This document shows, in pieces, positions 13,501 to 24,897 of a DNA stretch of 64,000 bases (within the stretch, counting starts at the first letter, position 1; the number at the start of each line of letters is the position of its first letter). Under the pieces are notes generated by a model. The model made no database searches. It had not been told where the DNA came from and worked only from the letters and a program-made list of their open reading frames with translations. Position numbers and translations under genes: made by a program. Source of the DNA: Macrostomum lignano (Eukaryota); the NCBI GenBank assembly GCA_002269645.1, contig NIVC01003554.1, positions 27,695-91,694 on the forward strand. The letters run 5' to 3'.

Positions 13501-16500
13501 GAGCTACCGTGTCCTGATAAATGAGGGAGACCAAGTAAAATGGAATGGGAAAAACGATCATGACAAATCAAAGCACCAGCCCTTGCTTTTTTCCCGGCTG
13601 CATTTAGCAATCCTCAAATTTCCAACCATCCAATTCAGCTTCACGCGAAAAAACACAAATTGTTTCTAAAATACTCAAAATTTCTGGTTGATGGTCTGCT
13701 GGGCTGTTCGCGGCTCCCAGACTCCGGCACACTTGGTTGCGGTTGATTTGGCCAACAAGGATGCGTTCAGTATATATATGCCTATGACTATTAATATTGA
13801 AAAGCATGCAGGCAAAACAAGGGTGGGCTTCTCAGAAGAAAAAAGCTAATATTCTCGTGCTCAACTCTGCATCTGCAGGAGTGAAAAGAGTTTTTTTCTC
13901 TTAAACGAAGCTGCCTCTCAGAGCCTGAGTCCACTTGAGCTCATTCGGGGAGTGGCTGAGCTATCTTCACTAACAATAGGAACATCTACTGACATTCTTG
14001 CATTGCGATTGTCTAACAACAACTTCGTACACACATCTCAGTCTCCACTTCAGCCAATCTGCTAATAAGACATGTGACTGATGTGAGTGACACCACAAGG
14101 ATTTCTCTACTGCAGTCAGGCCAACAAGCCTTGTGGCTAGGAGTTGAACCTTGCCAACAACAGTTTTGCTAGAAGAACTCTTCGTAGAGAGTCGTAGAAA
14201 ACTTAATACAACAAGGACCATGACACATCAGGTTTATTTTGGCACCCTGAATTCGAACCAAGCTGAATGCAATTTATCTCTACTTTTAAGTTTCATATTT
14301 TCTGTAGTTCATATTTTATGTGAAGCAGCAATCTTATTATAATTATTGGGACTCTCTGGATGTCAGTAATTCCATCAAGTTTGAGCAATCTGTTAACATG
14401 GAGTCTGCAGACAGGAGCGTCGCCATGGATTTTGAGGTGGGAGGAGGGAGGAGGAGCCGAAGGCACTCATTTTGGCGTCGCAGGCACTCATTTTGGCGTC
14501 GCAGGCACTCATTTTGGCGTCGCAGGCACTCATTTTAGCGTCGCAGGCACACATTTTAGCGTCGCAGGCACTCATTTTGGCGCCGCAGGCACTTATTTTA
14601 GCGCCGCAGGCACTCATTTTGGCGCCGCAGGCACTCATATTAGCGCCGCAGGCATTCATATTAGCGCCGCAGGCACTCATTTTAGCGCCGCAGGCACTCA
14701 TTTTAGCGTCGCAGGCACTCATTTTGGCGCCGCAGGCACTTATTTTAGCGCCGCAGGCACTCATTTTGGCGCCGCAGGCACTCATATTAGCGCCGCAGGC
14801 ATTCATATTAGCGCCGCAGGCACTCATTTTAGCGCCGCAGGCACTCATTTTAGCGCCGCAGGCACTCATTTTGGCGCCGCAGGCACTTATTTTAGCGCCG
14901 CAGGCACTCATTTTGGCGCCGCAGGCACTCATATTAGCGCCGCAGGCATTCATATTAGCGCCGCAGGCACTCATTTTAGCGCCGCAGGCACTCATTTTAG
15001 CGCCGCAGGCACTCATTTTAGCGCCGCAGGCACTCATTTTAGCGCCGCAGGCACTCATTTTAGCGCCGCAGGCACTCATTTTAGCGCCGCAGGCACTCAT
15101 TTTAGCGCCGCAGGCACTCATTTTGGCGCCGCAGGAACTCATTTTAGCGCCGCAGGAACTCATTTTGGCGCCGCAGGCACTCATTTTAGCGCCGCAAGCG
15201 TTCATTTTGGCGCCACAGGCGCTATATATTGTCGCCCTGAAGCAAAATGATTGATTTACATAACGGGTCCCAAGATGGTTTGGGGAGGACAAAGCATTCG
15301 CATGTCCCCCATAGCTTTTGTACTGGGCCCCTGTCTGCAGACTTTTGCAACTGCTGATATCTTATTTGATTTCTAACTTCATTTACTGATTCTGAATTTG
15401 GACCCAGAATTTCAAACTGGCACAGCGATTCTGACGCTTTAAAAACCAAGCTTAATCTCTCCCCCCTCAGACATGGCGCCCCATCTTTCTCAGGGATGAT
15501 AAACATGTGTTTTTTGTCTTTCCACAAAATTCAGCTCAAGTTTTCCCAGCTCCACAGAATATATCAATTTAGCAAGCTTGCACGCAGCTGGGCAAGCAGA
15601 AACAGTCGCCGAAGACAATGCAGGGGAGAAATCAACCCATGGCAGGCACCCAAGCTGCAGACAGATTTCAATTTGCTTGCAGATATTTTCCCTTCCCACT
15701 AAGCTGTATAAGCAGAGTGATATTTAGAAGATTCTCAAGTGTGCATAGTGTTAGCTTGCATCATGGTGACGAGGTCGGGTGAGCAGAGACAGGAGCGTTG
15801 CAGCTATTAAAAATTATTAGAAACAACGAATACGAAATTTAATCGCCCCAGAACCAACACCTTGCGCGCGTGCTTTGTATGCACAGTTGGCTTTTTTGCC
15901 GAAGCCATGCAGCATCAACAGAGATTGTTGAAGCTCCTGCACATCTGTTTTGATTCTTTTTTCCAATTCTGACAAGACAAAGCAAAATGAGTACCCGAGA
16001 ATCGGAACTTATTTGTTAGTTGGATGGAAGTAATTAGGCCACGAATTTCAGCCATGCACGAATCACAGTGTTATGATGATCACAGTTGAAAAACCTCATC
16101 ACCTAAGAATCTTTCTTAGAGAATCACACTTTAGAAGGTACATCTTAAAGAATCACACCTTGAGAATCATACCTTGAGAATGACACTTTGAGAATCACAC
16201 ATTAAGAATCACACCTTTAGAAACACCTTGAGAGTCACACTTAAAGAATTACACTTAAAGAATTACACTTAAAAAAGAATTACATTTAAAGAATTACACT
16301 TAAAGAATCACACTTTAAGATTCACACTTTGAGAATCACACCTTAAGAATCACACTTTGAGAATTGCATCTTGAGAATCACACCTTGAGAATCACAACTT
16401 AAGAATCACACCTTGAGAATCACACATTAAGAATCACACCTTTAGAAACACCTTGAGAGTCACACTTAAAGAATTACACTTAAAGAATTACACTTAAAGA

Positions 16501-19500
16501 ATTACACTTAAAGAATCACACTTTAAGAATCACACCTTGAGAATCACACATTAAGAATCACACTTTGAGAATCACACCTTAAGAATGACACTTTGAGAAT
16601 CACATCTTCAGAATCACAACTTGAGAATCAAACCTTGAGAATCACACATTAAGAATCACACCTTTAGAAACACCTTGAGAGTCACACTTAAAGAATTACA
16701 CTTAAAGAATCACACCTTGAGAATCACACATTAAGAATCACACCTTTAGAAACACCTTGAGAGTCACACTTAAAGAATTACACTTAAAGAATTACACTTG
16801 AAGAATTACACTTAAAGAATCACACTTTAAGAATCACACCTTGAGAATCACACCTTAAGAACCAAACCTTGAGAATCACACTTTGAGAAGCAAACCTTGA
16901 GAATCACACCTTAAGAATCACACCTTAAGAACCAAACCTTGAGAATCACACTTTGAGAAGCAAACCTTGAGAATCACACCTTAAGAAACAAACCCTGAGA
17001 ATCACACATTGAGAATCACTTCTGAAGAATCGAACCGATACATGCATATATGTAAAAAGTCGACAAAGTTAATTTAAAATTAATCACCCACAATAACTCA
17101 GCCAAAAACGAAAGACATTTCCAAGAACTACCGGCCACCAAGAAGGCAGCAAAGAAAAAAAGAAAATGGTTCATTCTCTTTAGCAGAATTTTTTCTACGC
17201 TAACAGAAATTTCGTGTCACCCCAAATAGTGTGCAGCGGTGTTTCGCCTGGCGACGGGGCACCATGGGACAAGAAAGGCATGGCAACTGGCTGTGTTACG
17301 AGGATAAAGGAAAACACGATATTCAGCTTAAGTCTGAAACAGAATTTTGTCATTAGTTTACCCGGCGTCTGTCATAAATAATATTGATAGTTTAAGATGA
17401 CAGGCAAGAATTTCGAAAGTTTAAAAACTTTAATCTCCATCTGTCTATCTTATCTGTTTGTGCCTGGCAAATTTCAGCTCTACGAATTGTCAGACGAACC
17501 GAAAAGGAAGCAATTTCTGGACGATCTGTTTGCTTTCATGCAGCGCAGAGGTGAGTCTTTCTGTTGCGATCAGTTTAATATTGGCTTGATTTAGCAAATA
17601 TTTTGATGTTGTCATCTTAAGTCTTAATGTCTTATGTCTAATCTATCGACCATTTCTCTGATCTATCTACCTTTTCCTCTGATCTATCTACACCTTTCCT
17701 CTGATCTATGTACTCTTTCCTCTGATCTATCTACCCTTTCCTCTGATCTATCTACCCTTTCCTCTGATCTATCTACCTTTTCCTCTGATCTATCTACCTT
17801 TTCCTCTGATCTATCTACCTTTTCCTCTGATCTATCTACCTTTTCCTCTGATCTATCTACCTTTTCCTCTGATCTATCTACCTTTTCTTCTGATCTATCT
17901 ACCTTTTTATCTGATCTATCTACTCTTTCCTATGATCTATCTAACTTTTCATCTGATCTATCTACTCTTTCCTATGATCTATCTAACTTTTCATCTTATC
18001 TATCTACCTTTTCCTCTGATCTATCTACCTTTTCCTCTGATCTATCTACCTTTTCCTCTGATCTATCTACCTTTTCCTCTGATCTATCTAACTTTTTATC
18101 TGATCTATCTACTCTTTCCTATGATCTATCTAACTTTTCATCTGATCTATCTACCTTTTCATCTGATCTATCTACCTTTTCTTCTGATCTATCTACTCTT
18201 TCCTCTGATCTATCTAATCTTTCCTCTAATCTATCTACCTTTTCTTCTGATCTATCTACTATTTCTGATCTATCTACCTTTTCATTTGATCTATCTACCT
18301 TTTCGTCTGATCTATCTACTATTTCTGATCTATCTACCTTTTCGTCTGATCTATCTACTATTTCTGATCCATCTATCTTTCCTTTGATCTATCCAACATT
18401 TTACCAATGCGCCACTCTTTACCAAGACAAAGTTCTATTATATTCTACGAGCCACAATGATCATTAATATTTTCAAGCCAGATGATGAAGAAAAACGAGT
18501 GCAGATGCCAATCCCGCTTCTTTCTTTTTCACCTCCCTGGGCCAAATTCCCAATGGCGTTAATTAGGTTCGGCCCCGCAGCAGCGTAGATAGCCTGCCAG
18601 GTAGGGCCACACTAAATGGCAAGAGATGGGAAACACAGCACAGCACAAGATGAATCTCCTTTAGCGCAGCAAAGCATGATAGTAAAGTGTATTTTGACCG
18701 CCAATGGCCTAGCCAAGGGTTCCAGGACCACTCGACAATTGGATTGGAAACTAAATTTTACACCTGAATATTATTAAATCGAGCCGAGAAAGTCGAAAAA
18801 CGTTTACAATTACTGTAAATTTGAATTTCGTTGGTTTTAAAAATCAGGAATGTTTCACCTTCAGATCTTGAAGAGATCGATTATAAAGCAACAAGGACCC
18901 AGTTAATTGGCTTTAGAAGTCGGAACCTAAAAGGTACCAAAGCAGCGAGTTGTGAAACAGGCGCGCTTGTAGAAAATAAACGGCATCAAACAAAGCTTAG
19001 AGCCCCCACCCCCTCCCCGAGTTGTTAAAACGCGAAATTAGAATTGGCAAAACGCATTAACGAACTTATAAGTCCAGTTGTTTCTGTAGTATTTTTGACA
19101 AACACTAAGAAAGCGAAGGAGTATGTGTGCAACAGCCAAAAATAATTCCTGATATTAGTCGAACAACTGTTGGGGTTTCAACAAAGAAAGACGGTTGTTT
19201 TGTCACACAGACTTGGCAAAATGCGAATGGATATCCTTCACGCTCGTAATTACCTTGGGTCACTTCATTCCGTCTTAACGCGGCTCGGAAGTTTTCTTCA
19301 GAACACGCATAATTTCTTACGCCAATCCTTCACCGCGACTTTAATTAAACAAACAATGTTCATTTTTGGGCTTTGCTTGTCTTTGTATCATTCACCAAGT
19401 TTAACTTCGTTTTCGTTTCGGAAACTAAGCGGAGACACACCGACTGACTCGAATGCAACGCGGATGGCGCTTATCAATCTTCATTAGTATAAAAAATCTG

Positions 19501-22500
19501 CTTATGCAGTCTGCATGGGCAGGACGCCGCATCTCCCTTTTTGTAAAAACTAAAGCCTCGATCTGTGATATGATTTAACGCGAGCCAAACCCAGGAGATC
19601 GCTTTTAAAGCAGAAATCTGGAGTAAAACTTCGTCCACTTGACGCGCTTTTATGCAAACAATCATAGCTTGAACTTGAAATTGCACATTTGATGGTAGAT
19701 CAGACATAACCTATACGGGCAAAATTAATTCCTGGTTAAGTGTATCGCATCAAAAGGTGTAACCTAATTACCGTTCTAGCCAAGACTCAGGTCCATTAGC
19801 GCGATTGCTAGGAAATCAGCGGCTTATTGAATGACCAAATTTTTGTTTACCCGGTTCTCCTTGGCAAAGCGCGAATTATCACCCCCCACCCAGCTTGTAA
19901 CCAAAGGCCATAAAAAACTATCCAATTAATTATCCAGGCACGCCGGTGAATCGCATACCGATAATGGCTAAACAGGTGTTAGATCTGTACGAACTGTTCC
20001 GCCTAGTGGTAACTAAGGGCGGCTTGGTCGAGGTTATCAACAAGAAACTGTGGCGGGAGATCACTAAGGGGCTTAACTTGCCGTCTTCAATTACTAGCGC
20101 TGCTTTTACGCTGCGAACACAGTGAGTTCTGATTGATTGGTTGCGCCACTTGTCAATATTACTTACTACTATTAATACTACTATTCCGTATATGGTTGTA
20201 AGTAGTGCCTTGTAATTATGAAACGATTTCAGGAGTAAAAATGTTTACGATTCAGAAACTAGATTTTAACTGCCAGATACTGTAGGTCACTGTAACCTGT
20301 CAGTGTAGACACGATTTAAGGCTTTCAGTCGGTCGCTTTCACAAGCTCAACATTTCACATCGTTGCTTTCAATAGAGCCTGTGAAGTTTCGAGCTTGTGA
20401 ATTATCAAGGTTGTGAAAGATTCCAACGCCTTTCAACCATGTGAAATTTTGAGCTTTTCAATGCCTCCTTTCAGCATCGGTTCAACTATCTATTGAAGAA
20501 TAAAGTAATGTCATTAAAAAGAGGTTTAATAAAGTAGGTTTGAAAACAAGGTTTTAGAACATTCGAGTACTCCATTCCGCAACAACAAAAAAACTAAAAC
20601 CAACCAACAATCAAAGGTACATGAAGTACCTCTACCCGTACGAGTGCGACAAGCTCAAGCTGAGCTCGCCGGGCGAACTGCAAGCCGCCATCGATGGAAA
20701 TCGTCGCGAAGGTCGCCGACCTGGCTATCCCGGATTTGACTGCCCGTCCAGTGCCGCTGCCGCTGCTGCAGCAGCTGCGGCCGCGGCAGCCATGGGTCGG
20801 CTGCCCCCGCTGCTCGGATACCATCAGGGTCCACTGCTGGGACTGGGGAAATCTATCAGCGGTGAGTTAGATTGGCCTGGGGAGAGTTCTTGAAGTTTCA
20901 AAACCAGAACTAATGCGCAAAGTACCTGGGTGCGAGATGCCTTGTGATTTTTAATTAGCGCCTACGAGAGCACTACTACTAATCTTTATGAATCTACAAA
21001 TCAGTGGCACAATCGTTACTTTACACTGCAGTCATTTTTCAGTCGTTTTATAGTTGTTGGGGTTGTTAAAAAGTCGCGCGAGTCGCTAGAGAATCGCTTG
21101 AGTTTCAATGGAGACATTTATAACGACTTATTAATGCCGCCTGCCAAGCGTCTGTGGTAGCTTAAAAGTGTCTGCGGTAGCTTAGGAGTGTCTGCGGTAG
21201 CTTAGGAGTGTCTGCGGTAGCTTAGGAGTGTCTGCGGTAGCTTAGGAGTGTCTGCGGTAGCTTAGGAGTGTCTGTGGTAGCTTAGGAGTGTCTGCGGTAG
21301 CTTAGGAGTGTCTGTGGTAGCCTAGGAGTGTCTGTGGTAGCCTAGGAGTGTCTGTGGTAGCTTAGGAGTGTCTGTGGTAGCTTAGGAGTGTCTGCGGTAG
21401 CTTAGGAGTGTCTGTGGTAGCTTAGTAGTGTCTGTGGTAGCTTAGGAGTGTCTGTGGTAGCTTAGGAGTGTCTGTGGTAGCTTAGTAGTGTCTGTGGTAG
21501 CTTGGGAGTGTCCGTGGTAGCTTAGGAGTGTCTGCGGTAGCTTAGGAGCGTCGCAACGTCGGGCATGCATGTGGAAGAGAAAGTCAGAGTCAGTATCCCC
21601 AGTAGGAGTGCATCTCGTACATGTGTACTACGTATCCATGTGTGTTTGAGTGCTTAAGGGTCCTCACCGGCTGCGGTTTCACTAACGCCTTGATTAGCGG
21701 CAGTACCCAAATGAACAGGCACACGGATACGTACGCAGACATGAACTCTCACATGGTCTACAGTGGCTCTGATTTTTTTCATCGCATAGGCGTAAATTGC
21801 GTGAAAAGCCTTAGGTAAGTTTTCGTGCACGAGGCCCAGATTAATTCGAATCAAATCCAGAGATCGCATTATCATGTTGATGCAGACTCAAGCTGGTACA
21901 CACTAAAAACACCCTGCTCATACAGACTGCGACTTCCCGAATCTGCCGACTCCACCGTTGATGCACCAGGCTGGGCACCATTTTCCACATCATCACCCGT
22001 TGTTGCATCATCACCCGATGCACCAGTCACAGTCTATGCCGCCGCTGCCGCCGCCGTTACCGCCGCCGCTGCCGCCACTACGCCAGCCGTCGCAGCCTCC
22101 GCACCAGCAGCCAATGACTCCGCCATCAGTCGGGCCAGCTGCGTGCAGCAGCTCAAAAGACGCGGTCGAGACAGCATTGTCACAATCTTTAAAGCGCCGA
22201 CATCACAGTCAGCAGCAGGAGCAGCAAGAGTCAACAGAGCCAGTTGCTGCCAATAAGCGATTAGCCAATGGATTAAGCTCTGGACAGAATCAAAAACAGC
22301 AACAACACGGAACTGCTGGAAATGACACGGGAACTAATAACAATGGCAGTAGCAGCAACAGCGGCCGATCGCAGAGTCAAGCCAGACGGTTGCTAAGCAA
22401 CGGCAGTCCAGGATTCACACTGCCGCCACCGCCAGCATTTTCTACGCTGCATCAGCAGCAGCAGCCTCAGCTGCCCCCACCTTTGATGGGCCAATCGGCT

Positions 22501-23286
22501 CAAAGTGCAGCGACTGGAATTAAAATCGCTGGCCATCATGGAGTTGGAGCAGGTAAAAATATGCTTATATTTTTGCTTCAGTTTTCGGAGGACGACTTTC
22601 TCATGTCTTTACTTGAAGTTCCTTTTCTGTTTGGAGCCGCACTGACACACACATTAGAGCTGCACTGACACACACATTAGAGCTGCACTGACACACACAT
22701 TAGAGCTGCACTGACACACACATTAGAGCTGCACTGACACACACATTAGAGCTGCACTGACACACACATTAGAGCTGCACTGACACACACATTAGAGCTG
22801 CACTGACACACACATTAGAGCTGCACTGAAACACACATTAGAGCTGCATTGACACAGATCAGAGCCGCACTGACACAGATTAGAGCCGCACTGACACACA
22901 GATCAGAGCCGCACTGAAACACAGATCAGAGCCGCACTGACACAAATTAGAGCCGCACTGACACAAATTAGAGCCGCACTGACACACAGATTACAGCCTC
23001 ACTGACACAAAAATTTGAGCCGCACTGGCAATCTTCAAATTCACCCTTCATCCTTCAGCACCCAGGGACTACTCAAACATGTTTGACAACATGTTTGAGT
23101 AGTCCCTGTCAGCACCCATCAAATTTTCGCCTCACATTTGTCGTACAAAGTCACCATAAAAAACGCTTTTTTAATAATATCTAAATTGCAGGCCGCCCGC
23201 CGCAGGACGCCCCAGTGACAGTCTCAATGGAGCTGAATGGCTTAGCCTATCACGGTGTCCTATTCGCTCAACCAAGACATCACTGA
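6241..23286 (+). CDS. ARID3: ARID3 / dead ringer (retained) transcription factor, 683 aa; exons 6241-7068, 17478-17550, 19938-20121, 20617-20861, 21926-22552, 23192-23286
   Basis: Joined exons give the extended ARID domain (WTFEEQFKQ|LYELSDEPKRKQFLDDLFAFMQRRG|TPVNRIPIMAKQVLDLYELFRLVVTKGGLVEVINKKLWREITKGLNLPSSITSAAFTLRTQ|YMKYLYPYEC) and a C-terminal REKLES-type motif (VSMELNGLAYHGVLFAQ). All introns are GT-AG and phase-consistent; total 2052 nt. Confidence 0.95.
7175..7320. repeat. 41-bp tandem repeat
   Basis: CCTCGAAATGTCGCATCCTCAAGGTGTCACAACTGTTACAT, about 3.5 copies. Confidence 0.85.
8010..8820. repeat. 33-34-bp minisatellite with internal 101-bp higher-order repeat
   Basis: Unit TGAAAATGAGGGTGTTTGGGCCACAGAGTTTCAC; the variant CCATAGAAT recurs at 8201, 8302, 8403, 8504 and 8605. 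Confidence 0.92.
9405..10240. repeat. ~25-bp minisatellite with variable poly-C run
   Basis: Unit AATTCCTGGTTTTGGCGCC(C)n. Confidence 0.92.
11485..12745. repeat. 21/24-bp minisatellite
   Basis: Unit CTTTCACTCATCTTGGCGCCT, with a 24-bp CTTCTATGCGCC variant and a GCGCAG variant. Confidence 0.93.
13310..13436. repeat. GGGAGA/GGAGAC purine repeat
   Basis: Same hexamer family as the 44-47.5 kb array, opposite strand. Confidence 0.8.
14460..15215. repeat. 21-bp minisatellite
   Basis: Unit GCAGGCACTCATTTT(A/G)GCGCC, about 36 copies. Confidence 0.93.
16110..17020. repeat. 14-bp minisatellite
   Basis: Unit (G/A)AGAATCACAC(C/T)TT and variants. Confidence 0.9.
17640..18395. repeat. 21-bp minisatellite in ARID3 intron 2
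   Basis: Unit CCTCTGATCTATCTACCTTTT. Confidence 0.92.
21153..21548. repeat. 20-bp minisatellite in ARID3 intron 4
   Basis: Unit CTTAGGAGTGTCTG(C/T)GGTAG, about 20 copies. Confidence 0.93.
22637..23010. repeat. 23-bp (later 21-bp) minisatellite in ARID3 intron 5
   Basis: Unit CTGACACACACATTAGAGCTGCA. Confidence 0.92.
23063..23108. mobile_element. 46-bp perfect palindrome with CAGGG termini and 8-bp target-site duplication (minimal hAT-type element)
   Basis: CAGGGACTACTCAAACATGTT-TGAC-AACATGTTTGAGTAGTCCCTG, flanked on both sides by TCAGCACC (23055-23062 and 23109-23116). Confidence 0.8.
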
Positions 23287-23681
23287 ACCATCTTCACTGT
23301 ATAATCTCTGCTTTTTCACTATCTTCTCTTTTTTTAATCCAGCATAGTGACTCGTGCCATTCTGCAATATTGTTCACAGCTATTAATAGTGAATGAAGAC
23401 TTTTGTTTTGCTCTCCCTTCAATTTCGTACAGACTACTGACTGACTAAAGGTTATCAAGTAGGAACGTTTTTAACCGATTGTTGACGATTTTTTGTGATT
23501 TTCTGCTATTATTTAGCATACTGCTATTTGGCTAGGCACAAAATACCTGTACTTCATATTTATCTGCACTAAGCAGAATGTTTTATCCAACGCTTTTTGC
23601 TTCAAAACCCCTTGTAAGAAAACTACCTAGGAAAATCCCGACTATTTAAAGCGATTTTTTAGTGTCTGTTAATTGTAAATT

Positions 23682-23687
23682 AATAAA
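23682..23687 (+). promoter_or_regulatory. Candidate poly(A) signal of ARID3
   Basis: AATAAA about 400 nt after the stop codon, in AT-rich sequence. Confidence 0.4.
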
Positions 23688-24167
23688 TTCGAACCTTTAG
23701 ACGGCCCAGTTTGCATGTACAGTTTTTATCGTCAATTATTTATGATTCTATCCCTTCTGCACTGATATTTACCTATCCATATAACACATATGCAACGCAA
23801 ACAATAAGCGTAGCCTTCACTGCCTTATATTAAAACTGAAATATCACTCAAAACTTTACAGAAATTTCAAATAAACAAAATTAAAAACTCACATAATAAT
23901 AAGAACCCTTTGCTTAACAATCTATTATCTTTAAGTAGCAACGGTATTGTTTCTCTTAAATTGGCATTTTACAATGCATCCATGCGAGTGTTTCAGCTTG
24001 AAGTTTACTCTAACAGTCTTCCAAGCTAGCGTGGAATTGTCTAGTTCTAGGCCGGTTGCTATTGACAACGACTATGAATTTTAGATGAGTAGGATAGAAG
24101 GATAGAAGCTTAGACCGTATAGGATGACCCAAGGAGATCCGGAGCCAGAATCTGGATTTTTAGGAAT

Positions 24168-24477
24168 GATGATAATTAATTACACCTACCCTAATAGGTG
24201 AGATGTGCAACCGACAGCTCAGCCGCTGCTATTGCGCAGCGCATCTGAAGGCTGCGTACGGCTGTTCAGTCGAAGAACTGGAGGGGGGGTCGCCACACAC
24301 CCTCAATCACCCCAGCTAATGCTGGCACCCATTTTACAGCTGGGTAAACTGAAGCAATGCAGAGTTAAGTGTCTTTGCTCAATGACACAAATTATTCCGA
24401 GTGGGTCGGGAATCGAACCCCTGGTCTTCCAGTCGTGAGACCGTCGGCGTCGCTGTAACCGCTAGGCTGCAACCCCC
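24168..24477 (-). mobile_element. tRNA-derived SINE with CORE-like central domain, copy 1
   Basis: Reverse strand shows a tRNA-like head with B box GGTTCGATTCC, then CAGCTGTAAAATGGG; colinear with copy 2 and with a similar tail. Confidence 0.8.
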
Positions 24478-24897
24478 TTCAGATAACTATAGGCCAGAAC
24501 GTTAGGTCTGATGGATTTTTATAAATATGGTTCTATTTTTAAGTTCAACCTATAAACTATAAGCGAGGACTGACGGAAGTTTTGTAAGCAGCAGATTTCC
24601 CCTTCTTTCTTTTGAAGTAGAAATTCTGCCCATTCCGCTCTGACACCTGAGCACATGCAAGCGCGCCAATACCGTACTCAGGCACTCACTCATGCACACG
24701 CTCACACAGGGTGTACAAGCGGCCCTGACTTTCTAATCTTCAGGCGTGCGCGCTTAATTATGTGTTTTGGGGGGGGGGAATTGCTGGGATGCTTAGGGTC
24801 AATTTGAAGTGGTTGGTAGGCCAAGCATCAAAGGAAGAGTTGGAGCTGAGCCATGGCATAAAGGGAAACTCTGATGCCAAGATTCACAGGGCTACAA

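Noticed and set aside
4264-18467. Long repetitive ORFs (4264-5108, 9415-10274, 11375-12720, 14360-15292, 17634-18467)
   Set aside because: They are translations of minisatellites, open on several frames and both strands; most lie inside ARID3 introns, with no splice or homology support.
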